Shown here one piece after another: positions 1-9,831 of a DNA stretch of 21,249 nt. This stretch comes from Octopus sinensis. Its lineage: Eukaryota. Below the pieces are notes generated by a model. It saw only the letters and a list, made by a program, of their open reading frames with translations. It ran no database searches and was not told where the DNA came from. Made by a program: the position numbers and the translations under genes. The first letter of the stretch is position 1; every line of letters starts with the position of its first letter. Location of the stretch: assembly GCF_006345805.1 (NCBI RefSeq), contig NW_021823764.1, positions 1 through 21,249 of the forward strand. The letters are read 5' to 3'.

Positions 1-61
1 GTCAATCCAGTACGTTTTTAATATTCTTTTCATTTTATTTATTCATTTTTCTTAAAGTGCG

Positions 62-153
62 GTATTTGTTCTATCGGTATCTTTCGCCGATTCGCTGGTT
101 AACGCCGACGTAAACAAACTAACACCGGTTGTCTTGCGGTATTAGGGAGGACT
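62..153 (-). mobile_element. SINE fragment (3' half of the tRNA-derived SINE family seen full length at 18301-18690)
   Basis: Reverse complement resembles the 3' half at ~18510-18585 (gacaaccg..gtgtttacg..cttagcggttcggcaaaagagac..gatagaa). Confidence 0.7.
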
Positions 154-154
154 A

Positions 155-1124
155 ATAGAGCACTTCCTTTAGCAAATTATTAAATGGAGCTCTCAATCCC
201 CATATGTTTGATATGTAATTTTGATAAGTGTCGCTAGGCCAAGAAAATCTTGTAATGTCACTCTTTTAGTTGAGTGGGGCATATTTTTAATTGCGTCTGC
301 CCTCTACGTGTCAGATCGTCTTCCATTTTTTTATCTATAGTTTGTCCTAAATATTTAATTTTAGGCAAAAAGAATTCACATTTCCCCTTACAGAGTGTGA
401 AACTGTAATCTCTTATTCTTTGAAAAATGCACTCCACGTGTTAGATGTGCTGACCAGGAGATTCACTTTAATTAATACATCATCGAGGTACGGAATTGTA
501 AATTGACAGTCCGACAACATCGTATCTATAGCCTGTTGAAATATTGCAGGTGCGACCTTCAGACCAAATAGAAATCAGTTATAATTGTACAGTCTTCTGT
601 GCGTATTCACTGTTAGAAGCTTCGAGCATTCCTCGTCTGCAGATCCAGTTTCGAAAATATTCTGCTACCAATTAATTTTGCCAAAATACCCTTCAGAGTA
701 AACAGTGGTAAGTGGCACATTTTTAGACAGTCTTTCAAACGAGTAGAAAAATTGGCACACACCCTGACTTTGTTAATTTTTTTTCAATGCACAAAATTGG
801 TGCTGCCTACTTAGAATAATCTACTTTTTGAATATTTCCCAATTTCTCTGGGATTTCTAATTCTTCCCTACCTGCTTTATCGCAGCAAATGGTACCTTTC
901 TATTAGGTTTGAATACAGGTACGACGTTTCTCTTTATTTTAACAGGCCTCAGTTTTAGAACAGGGACCTAATTTATGCGACAGCACTTCAGGAAACAAGT
1001 TTTTAAATTTTTTCTTCAATTCAGCTGCTGATTTATTTTCACTCGTTAGACTGAAATTTATCTTTTACGGAACAGACTTATGGAGGAGGTCCCGTAAGTC
1101 AAACAACTCTAACTAGTCCGTACC
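155..1124 (-). mobile_element. Degenerate Ty3/Gypsy LTR-retrotransposon pol fragment (protease-RT linker, RT, start of connection); Mag/K02A2.6-like
   Basis: Manual minus-strand translation with stops and frameshifts: GTD*LELFDL, PVFKPNRKVPFAA, IFSKLDL, LLTVNTH, FGLKVAPAIFQQAID, PYLDDVLI (YLDD at 479-490), KCEFFLPKIKYLGQ, RADAIKNMP, LQDFLGL, LRAPFNNLLK. Confidence 0.92.
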
Positions 1125-2109
1125 TTCTAGCTTCTATTAATCTGTCAATCTGAATGTTAAAGTCCCACAACATCTTGCATCTTTTACTTTCTAGTTCTTT
1201 ACTATGTTCATGTTCATACCATCCCCAGTATGCTCAAATCCTAGCCTAAATAACTCCTAGCGGATTACACTCCCTAGCTTGTCATTACTTTTCTTGCATT
1301 CTTTCTGTGCCAGCATGCTGTATTCACTTACTATATACGTGTAAAGCCTTCCTATTTTGATTTACATTGGGAATCTACTTGGGTTTTGTATATCTTGGTT
1401 TTTATCCAATTAGTCCTTAATGCCTGATCTTGCGCAGCTACTAACAAACTTCTGTCTTCCTTTTCAGCTTTCCTTTCTGCAATCATAGCCATGTCTCACT
1501 ACTGTTATTTGCTGCAACTATCTTTGGGAATCTACCATGCAATACTTTCTCCTACCAGTCAGATAATTTCTGTTCATTTAATAGTTTTTAACTTTGTTTG
1601 GGATTTTGGTTTCCCTGTGTCTTACTGTGACTCTAGCAGATTTTAATAAGCTTTCTTCGCTGTGACCTACATAGGAGTCTATACCTACTCTAGCTAGCTC
1701 CACTCATTCTTCTACTGATATTAACCTTCTTCTGTCTTCCTTTCTAGGTAAGTATAATCTTGCTACTCCTGCCCTTGGGTGGATTCCTCCATTTATATTA
1801 AATTCCTTCCTAGTTCTTCTGTCTAGCTTTGCTAATTCAGTTATTCTCCAATCTACAAAAGCTGCTGAGTATCTAAGTAATAATACTGCCCAAGTATTTA
1901 AAGCTTCAGATCATCAATGTAGAGCAAATGGTTAATTTTCCCCTTACTATTTCTGAACTGATACCCTGCCTTTGTCTCCCTTAATACTAAATCGAGGGGT
2001 ATCAAACATAAGACAAATATCAAAGGGGACAACGAGACTCCTGGAAAATTCCTCTTTTGATATTAACTTTCCTTAATAGTGTATCACCTGAGTAGAGATC
2101 TACTCTGAT
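1124..2109 (-). mobile_element. Degenerate R4/Dong-clade non-LTR retrotransposon fragment (RT C-terminal half, zinc-knuckle region, start of restriction-like endonuclease)
   Basis: Minus translation: KRGIFQG-SLSPLIF (one frameshift), KINHLLYIDDLKL (YIDD at 1910-1921), NTWAVLLLRYSAA, GGIHPRAGVARLYLPRKE, LLVAAQDQALRTNWIK, GWYEH, KMLWDFNIQIDRLIEARR. An internal deletion follows DDLKL. These motifs are typical of R4/Dong RT plus REL endonuclease. Confidence 0.88.
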
Positions 2110-2125
2110 ATTATTATTATTATTA

Positions 2126-2172
<47 letters not shown>
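2110..2172. repeat. (ATT)n microsatellite
   Basis: Direct reading. Confidence 0.95.
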
Positions 2173-2335
2173 CTGTTTTTTCTTCTTTCAAATTTGCTTC
2201 TATTTCTTGCCGAGTGTCTTCCCGACTCCTAGGGCAAAGAAACTCATAGTATACATTGGTAGGCCATTAAACTAAACTCACTAGTTCGTTCATTTTTTTT
2301 AAGCTAAATTAAAATACAGGGGTAGTAATAGTTCT
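2173..2335 (-). mobile_element. Possible 5'-truncated LINE 3' terminus lying between two (AAT)n arrays
   Basis: Unique 160-bp block that runs into an (AAT)n tail on the minus strand and is preceded by another (AAT)n array; no coding motif recognised. Confidence 0.3.
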
Positions 2336-2336
2336 C

Positions 2337-2397
<61 letters not shown>

Positions 2398-2408
2398 CAT
2401 TATTATTA
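2337..2408. repeat. (ATT)n microsatellite
   Basis: Direct reading. Confidence 0.95.
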
Positions 2409-2574
2409 GTTTATTTGACAGAGTTCCTTCATCACACATTCTGTGAGCTCTTCAATCACTAACTGTTCTTCGTGTGTCCTCTTCTTTCTGATCTTGTCCT
2501 GTCCGTTCCATCTTGTTTTTCTGTGTCAGATCAAATAAATAATGCGTGTGTTTCTTGCAATTGCCAGATCCAAA

Positions 2575-2616
2575 TATATCAATATATATATAATGTTGTA
2601 TGTATATGTGTATTAT

Positions 2617-2692
<76 letters not shown>

Positions 2693-2815
2693 TATGCATG
2701 TATATAAAATAATGTAATAAATGTATTCTATAGTATATTATAATATATATATAGATATAGATATAATATAGATATAGATATAGATATAGATATATACAAG
2801 TATCTATATTAAATT
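2575..2815. repeat. Imperfect (AT)n / (ATATAG)n microsatellite
   Basis: Direct reading. Confidence 0.9.
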
Positions 2816-2997
2816 AATATAATGTTTCCGACATATGTAAATAAACCGGTGGTCTGTTTATGAAAGGTTTTGAACGAAAGAATTGTTGTCCATCAGCAAA
2901 TATTTTGTTATTGCAGTCCAAATTGGAGCCTCCTTCTGAGTATGCTCTGTTGTTCTGGAAATGAAGAGCATAACTGCAAGTGTCTTCGTATAAGTGT

Positions 2998-3243
2998 GTA
3001 AGCGTGTGTGTGTGTGTGCGTGTATGTGTGTGTGTGTGTGTATGTGTATGTGTGTGTGTGTGTGTGTTGTGTGTTGTGTCTGTGTGTGTGTGTATTATAT
3101 ACGTTTACACAGTTGTTCGGAACCACAATATAGACTAGTGAATAGATAGATAGATAGATACATACATAGATAATAGACACATAGACAGACAGACAGACAG
3201 ATAGACTGACAGACAGACAGACAGACAGATAGATGGATGGAAG

Positions 3244-3319
<76 letters not shown>

Positions 3320-3437
3320 TATATAGATAGATAGATTTTATATTTACAAATATATACCATTACGTGTCTAATTAGTTACACTTACAGATTCGCAGAGAAA
3401 CACACATACACACTACACACACACACAAATAATATCC

Positions 3438-3469
<32 letters not shown>

Positions 3470-3504
3470 ATACATATATATATACATATATATATATATA
3501 TACA

Positions 3505-3535
<31 letters not shown>

Positions 3536-3750
3536 AAAATCTTGCACAACAAATATTTAAACGTATATATATATATAATATATATATATATTATATATAC
3601 ATGCATACATACAGAGAGAGGTGCATATATACATAAACATTATATATGCGTGTAAGTGTGTATGTATTGATAGCTGTATATGTATGTGTGTGCATGTATG
3701 TATGTATATATGTATGCATGCATGTATATGTATATATGTATGTGTACGTA
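2998..3750. repeat. Compound microsatellite block: (TG)n 2998-3098, (GATA/GACA)n 3143-3336, (CA)/(TA)/(TATG)n 3403-3750
   Basis: Direct reading; explains the YLSI, THTH and IYIY ORFs. Confidence 0.93.
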
Positions 3751-4000
3751 TGACACGGATGAGGAGGTCATTGTTTGTTGTAGATAATCCTGATAGCTAC
3801 GCAGTGGACGATATGCTCTCCATAATGACCAAACTCCACACACTCACACACATACATCTTGAATTTCAGCTAAGATATTGTATATGGACTAATTACATAT
3901 CTGTCCAGCAACAAGTGTCTTACGCAGACTAAACACTTGAATTATATTGGAAAACATTGTTGGCAATAACATCAGCTAAAGACTTGATTAAACAGTAAAC

Positions 4001-4090
4001 CTGAAGCAAATCTAGTCTGCAGTCTGTATTAAACAGATTCTGTTTAGCTTCGCCAAATATCTCTATATGAACTATAAAGTCTTTTGACAT
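4001..4090 (-). CDS. Candidate 90-nt coding exon MSKDFIVHIEIFGEAKQNLFNTDCRLDLLQ, resembling the C22orf15/CXorf65-family N-terminus
   Basis: Strong acceptor (ctcccctcttcctttcctatcag|ATG), possible donor CAG|gtttac, non-repetitive peptide. The G-x5-L-x-N-T-x-C pattern matches my recollection of C22orf15 (FGAGCSVLVNTSCRL) and CXorf65 (HGDNQQFLVNTNC). Not searched. Confidence 0.4.
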
Positions 4091-4130
4091 CTGATAGGAA
4101 AGGAAGAGGGGAGTTGCTGAAGGTAAATAT

Positions 4131-4272
4131 GTGGCTGTGTGGTAAGTCGCTTGTCCCCCCAACCACATGGTTCCGGGTTCAGTCCCACTTGGGCAAGTGT
4201 CTTCTACTATAGCCTTGGGCCGATCAAAGCCTTGTGAGTGGATTTGGTTGATGGAAATGAAAGAAGCCAGTC

Positions 4273-4273
<1 letters not shown>
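4131..4273 (+). mobile_element. tRNA-derived SINE, 5' half
   Basis: A-box-like gtggctgtgtgg and B-box-like ggttcagtccc (4176-4186); body matches 18301-18450 with a small internal deletion; runs into (TA)n. Confidence 0.85.

Positions 4274-4332
<59 letters not shown>
4274..4332. repeat. (TA)n(GA)n microsatellite
   Basis: Direct reading. Confidence 0.95.
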
Positions 4333-4333
<1 letters not shown>

Positions 4334-4659
4334 TGAAGTTGGGGTTATAAGAGGTAATGGTGTCATTGAGACCCAAAGGTGTCAGGTAATGCTGAATAAG
4401 TGCTATAGACAGACCATAGTTAAGTTCCAGATTCGGTAATATTGCGAATAAAGAGTTCAACGTTGGTTCTATGTCAGCGTGTATATATATATGAAATTTT
4501 TGTGTAATGAGATAAAAAAAAAACCAAGGCTGTATAGATATTAGAGCATTTATAGATAGAAGGTCTTACAAGTTTCAGTAATGGATAAACAATTCCTTCA
4601 CAAAAGACTTTCCTCTTACTTCTCCTCTCCAAAACTAAGGACCTTTTCCTATCACACCA

Positions 4660-4709
4660 TCTCCGATGAAGGGATATTATTAATAAATATCCTAGAAACA
4701 GCTGTAAGA
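4660..4709 (+). ncRNA. Type I hammerhead ribozyme motif with one core mutation (Penelope-like terminus)
   Basis: UCU-CCGAUGA (4663-4669; U4 changed to C)-A-stem II GGGAUAUU/AAUAUCCU-A-GAAA (4695-4698)-C-AGCU-GUA-AGA. Stem I is UCU/AGA and stem III contains the palindrome ACAGCUGU. Confidence 0.65.
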
Positions 4710-4832
4710 CCTTCTATCTATAAATGCTCTAATATCTATACAGCCTTGGTTTTTTATCTTGGTTTTTTTTCCTGGCGTGCTAACGATTCTGCCAGCTCGC
4801 CGCCTTTAATATGAAAACCTGAGTTACCCAAG

Positions 4833-4910
4833 ACAAACACACCAGGTCTATCCTACTTGAATTAAAACCCAACAAACACACCAGGTCTATCCTATTTGAA
4901 TTAAAACCCA
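4833..4910. repeat. 39-bp tandem duplication (2 copies, 1 mismatch)
   Basis: acaaacacaccaggtctatccta(c/t)ttgaattaaaaccca at 4833-4871 and 4872-4910. Confidence 0.95.
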
Positions 4911-5112
4911 AAGTAAAAACACAAATAAAGACGTGATTGCCACGGCTATAACGCTAAAGATTATAGATCTCCTTCCAAGATCAGTGATGACACGAGATTA
5001 TCCAAAACAGCATACCACGTGTATATACTTCCATAAACCAAAACCCAAACGAAGCCAGGTTTCTCACTGCTATGAAATTGGTTCATCATACGACTTTCGA
5101 ATTTTTGCAATT

Positions 5113-5124
5113 TTTCGCGCCAAA
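5113..5124. promoter_or_regulatory. Perfect E2F-type site TTTCGCGCCAAA in a locally CpG-enriched stretch
   Basis: Matches the classic DHFR-promoter E2F element; flanking 5090-5290 has many CpGs. Function unproven. Confidence 0.25.
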
Positions 5125-5639
5125 TCGCTAAATATGTCTTCTTTTCGTATTAATTCTTGCTGTTTTCGCCATCGTTGTTCTCTTCTGATTATTGTTATAA
5201 CGCTCGAGTTATTTATTTACTAATTTACTACAATTTTTGTGTTTTTACGACGTTATATTTCACATCAATATAATTTTTCTCACTCGAAGGGCAAAAAAAA
5301 AATGTATATATAATTAATCACAAAGTTAAATAGTAAAATACAACAAAAAATTTATGGAATCATGCAACAAAAAAAAATACGTAAAATATAAAACGAAATG
5401 TAAAAAAAATATCTTCCGTTTTGGGGGTTTTTTTTACGTTTTCTGTTGGTTTGTTTTTTTTGTTTGTTTCATTTACATCTTTGTTGTCTCTAATTACACT
5501 AATGGACAATTAACAATGTTTGATTGTGAAAGAGACCTCAAATAAATGTGAGCAACTCTTTTGTGCCTGAAAATAAAATATGTGACTGAAACAATCACTT
5601 TCTCAATTAACTGTGACGTTATTTAACGTTAATTTATTA

Positions 5640-5672
<33 letters not shown>

Positions 5673-5988
5673 TCATCATCACCATCATCACCATCATCAT
5701 CATATAAATTTCTCGTCATAATTATCATTATTATTATTATTGCTGTTGTATTAGAAAATTGCGCATTTTTTGTGCTATATATCATCATCATCATCATCAT
5801 CATCATCAACATCACCATCATCAGCAGTAGCATCGCCATCATCACCATCATCCTCATCATCATCGCCATCATCATCATCATCGGCATCATTATTTTCTTC
5901 ATCATTTCTAAAGCTTATAATTAATATTACTATTATATTTACTGTTGTATTTGTTTTATTTTATTATTATCATTATTATTATTATTAT

Positions 5989-6024
<36 letters not shown>

Positions 6025-6150
6025 AGTAGTAGCAGCAGCAGTAGCATCGTTTTTATTATTACTATTATTGTTGTTGTTGTTATTGCTGTTGTTATCAAAA
6101 ATCCATTATATTTATTACTATTATTATTCTTATAGATATCTTCATTATTA
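5640..6150. repeat. Compound trinucleotide microsatellite (CGT, CAT, ATT, AGT, AGC, GTT)
   Basis: Direct reading; source of the poly-S, poly-I, poly-M and poly-D ORFs. Confidence 0.93.
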
Positions 6151-6263
6151 TTATTTTGTTTTGAGTTGAGTTTTTTTTTATAATTTTCATATTTTTATGA
6201 CAGGCTCCAAAATGTTTAATACGATAAAGAGCGTTTTGTGCTTAGGGGCAGAATGAAAAAGAC

Positions 6264-6293
6264 TGATAGATAGATAGATAGATAGATAGATAT

Positions 6294-6383
<90 letters not shown>

Positions 6384-6458
6384 GAGCAGACAGACAGACA
6401 AACAGACATGTAGGTAGGTATGTAGGTTGTTAGACAGACACACACACAGACATGCAGT

Positions 6459-6552
<94 letters not shown>

Positions 6553-6652
6553 GATACATACAATAATACATACATACATACATACATACATACATACATA
6601 CATACATACATACATACATACATACATACATACATACATAATACATACATAC

Positions 6653-6734
<82 letters not shown>

Positions 6735-6735
6735 T
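6264..6735. repeat. (GATA)n / (GACA)n / (TACA)n tetranucleotide array
   Basis: Direct reading. Confidence 0.96.
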
Positions 6736-7354
6736 AAAAGAGAAAGAAAGAGTTATGGTGCGAGAAAGAAAGAGCTCGAGGTACAGTAAAAACTGAAAAT
6801 AATTTATATTAGTATAGTTATCAAATGTCTGTCTTTTCCGAGGAAAAAAAAATTGGAATGAATAAACGAACGATCAAAGTAGAACATAAAAGAACAAAAG
6901 AATGCCTACACCCTTGAGGGAAAGAAAAGGAAATAAAAATATTTTGTGATTTCATGATGTTTGTAAGTGTAGGGAGGGAGGTGATTGTGCAGTGAAAACT
7001 AATCGAGCGTCTCATCACGACAATTTAAATAATAGTTCATCTGATTCGGCTTGTTTTCTGTATTGTCCAGACGAATTTATTGAATTGCTGATAGTGTCTA
7101 GGTGTAAGAGAGAGGAGTGGAGGATGAGGTAGGTTACGGTTGAAGAAGAGAGGAAATATTGGTGATGATAGTGTGTAGCCATGTGTAGATATGGCGATGC
7201 TGCTGGTGTTGGTGGCACTGATTCTATTGTGGTTGTGTGCTGGGATGGAGTTTGTCATTGGTCTTCTGTAGCAATGCTGTTTAGCCCCAGATCAGGCCTG
7301 ATTGAGTAGATCTAAGACACGTAGCTAATTGACACAACAACCAGATATAAGCTC

Positions 7355-7466
<112 letters not shown>

Positions 7467-7727
7467 ATTCCAAGAAAGTTAGAGGTTGTGAATCCAACCA
7501 ACTAAGGGATAATATCTATCCAATATACTGCTGGTAGAATACCCAATTATTAATACACAAGTGTTTTTTTAATGCATTGCAATTACATTACCGAGTGTAA
7601 TAAATGGATGAGAGTAAAGAGATATTTTACCATTAATTTTAGAGTAATAAGAAAATGGAAGGGATCAAGAGGTGGTATTCATCAACTTTTAGACATTATA
7701 TTATGTCAATTTATATATTTATTTACT

Positions 7728-8084
7728 AAAATGACAATTACAGCAATATACATACATATATAACATATTATGCTTTACATATATAATGTATAAAGATACC
7801 AGTAATTATTAGAATATATAACATACAGGAATAGAAATTGGGAAAATATCTTAAAACTGTTTCCACCCAAGTACCTCAATTTCATCTACTAATTACTTCA
7901 GTCTACTGGAGGAATAAAGGTAAAATGAGGCATTTTTGCCTCTTGGCTGAAACAGCTGTAAGATAGTTTCCCAATTTCTATTCTTGTATGTTATATATTT
8001 TAATAATTACTGGTATCTTTATATATTATATATGTAAAGCATAATATGTTATACATGTATGTATATTGTTGTTATTGTCATTTT
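7728..8084. mobile_element. Foldback / MITE-like element with ~135-bp inverted arms
   Basis: Arm 7728-7863 is the reverse complement of 7949-8084 with few mismatches (e.g. aattgggaaaatatctta vs taagatagtttcccaatt); ~85-bp spacer. Confidence 0.9.
7901..7964 (+). ncRNA. Degenerate hammerhead-like motif, same GAAAC-AGCU-GUA-AGA family as 4660-4709
   Basis: CUGGAGGA at 7906-7913 (extra G in the core), perfect hairpin GAGGCA-UUUU-UGCCUC at 7927-7942, and GAAACAGCUGUAAGAU at 7949-7964. Confidence 0.35.
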
Positions 8085-8308
8085 CTTTTGAATTTTAACT
8101 TAATTGTAATTCGAATTTAATTGTAGCCATGAAACGTACGTAGTGTTTTTGCTTATTATATTATATATTTATCATTCATTTTATACTTTTTGATATATAG
8201 TTATAAGTTATATGTTTTATAAAAATATATATTATTTGTTATTTATGTATTGGTTTATGTCTATCACTGTTTGAGTTGCATAACAGTGGTTTTTATCTCT
8301 AATTTATA

Positions 8309-8388
8309 TTATATATATATATATATATATATATGTGTATGTGTGTGTGTGTGTGTGCGTGTGTGTGTGTGTGTGTTGTGTGTGTATA
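8309..8388. repeat. (TA)n(TG)n microsatellite
   Basis: Direct reading. Confidence 0.95.
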
Positions 8389-8398
8389 CATATAAGGA

Positions 8399-8530
8399 CT
8401 GTTTTAACGAAGTTGCGACTTGTCCCTACCTTCGAAACGCGGTGTAGATAAAACAGGGGACAACTGATGAAGGGATTGTTCTTTATGTTACCTGTCTCGT
8501 TTCTCTATTTTTTCTTTCGTTTCTTTCGTT
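8399..8530 (+). mobile_element. Penelope-like terminal fragment with broken hammerhead words
   Basis: ctgtttta (8399-8406) is complementary to the end of tagataaaacag (8445-8456); gtccctaccttc-GAAAC lies at 8422-8438; a separate CTGATGA lies at 8464-8470. Confidence 0.35.
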
Positions 8531-8609
8531 GTACGAAAAACAATTCGTCTTCTGTTTTTTATGCTCTCGTTTCTCATTATGTTCAACATTTTTTATGTCC
8601 TGTACCCAT

Positions 8610-8689
8610 ATATGCATGTATATATATACAAAATATGTAGGTATGTACATATATATATGTATATATGCATATACTTATATATTATTTAT

Positions 8690-8780
<91 letters not shown>
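8610..8780. repeat. (TA)n(TG)n microsatellite
   Basis: Direct reading. Confidence 0.95.
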
Positions 8781-8782
<2 letters not shown>

Positions 8783-9397
8783 GCACAGAAGAAATTCTCA
8801 TTTGTGGTAGAAGCCGTAAAAACACTTTATCGACTCATTGTCTTCCGCTAACAAACTATCACACAAGGAGATACCGAAGAAAGAAACCTAGGAAGATAAT
8901 AAGCTGATGTGCAGACACCAGCTTATAATCTGCTTAGGAAGGCCAAAAAGCTAGAAACACGTCTCGTTGTCCGCTAGGAGAAGTCACAGAGCATTTATGG
9001 TATTTTCACACCTTTCACTATAAGCGAAAATTTCTTCTCCGTGGTAACTATAGAAGATAAAGTGTCACAAACATATTTTAACTAACGGAAAGATCGTTTG
9101 TTCCTCATCTAACTACTTAGCGCTGATACGATTATATATATATATATATATATATAAAAATTTTAGGGTACCAAGAATAGTTATCGAAAAATTCTTAGTT
9201 ACCAGTGGTCTAGCGAGATGGAAAAACTTTAGCCAGTAGACTATACATTATTCAGAGAAGAATACAGTGTACATTCAAACACATAAGAGATACCCAAAAA
9301 ATAGGATATCTGACTCACTAGAAAGAGCAGTTAAACTCCGACCCACTAATTGTTGTAATTTTGGAATGAATGAAAAATAAAAACCTTTACCTTATTG

Positions 9398-9486
9398 TCC
9401 TAGACCATGCATGGTTTCTGCAGACTTAAATATAGATTGAAATAAAATAATTCCAATCTATATCTGGCGCCTCTTCTTCAGTAGGG
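9398..9486 (-). ncRNA. Type I hammerhead ribozyme (left arm)
   Basis: Minus strand: CCUA-CUGAAGA (9481-9475)-long stem II (AUAGAUUG/CAAUCUAU)-GAAA (9418-9415)-C CAUGCAUG GUC-UAGG. Stem III is the perfect palindrome ACCAUGCAUGGU; predicted cut between 9403 and 9402. Confidence 0.75.
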
Positions 9487-9621
9487 TGCCAAGGATCGAA
9501 CACATAGATACATAGATAAATAACCCGCCACGTTGTTACTGCATTTGCGCAGTGGATTCGAAAAATTATAACACGTGGTTGGTTATTTATCGCCCCGTAT
9601 CTATGTGTTCGATCCTTGGCA

Positions 9622-9710
9622 TCCTACTGAAGAAGCAGCGCCAGATATAGATTGGAATTATTTTATTTCAATCTATTTTTAAGTCTGCAGAAACTATGCA
9701 TGGTCTAGGA
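9622..9710 (+). ncRNA. Type I hammerhead ribozyme (right arm)
   Basis: UCCUA (9622-9626)-CUGAAGA (9627-9633)-stem II (GCAG/CUGC or CAGAU/GUCUG, plus AUAGAUUG/CAAUCUAU)-GAAA (9690-9693)-C UAUGCAUG GUC (9703-9705)-UAGGA (9706-9710). 5-bp stem I, 4-bp stem III with UGCA loop; predicted cut after 9705. Confidence 0.78.
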
Positions 9711-9831
9711 CAATAGGGCAAACGTTTTCAATTTTCATTCACTTTCAGAATTACAACAATTAGTGGCTTGGAGTTTAATTGCTCTTTCTAGTGAGTCAGA
9801 TATCCTATTTTGGGGGTATCTCTTATGTTTT

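Noticed and set aside
8896-8975. Hairpin ataagctg/cagcttat plus GAAACACGTC
   Set aside because: No intact CUGANGA at the right position; an 8-bp stem is expected by chance in AT-rich DNA.
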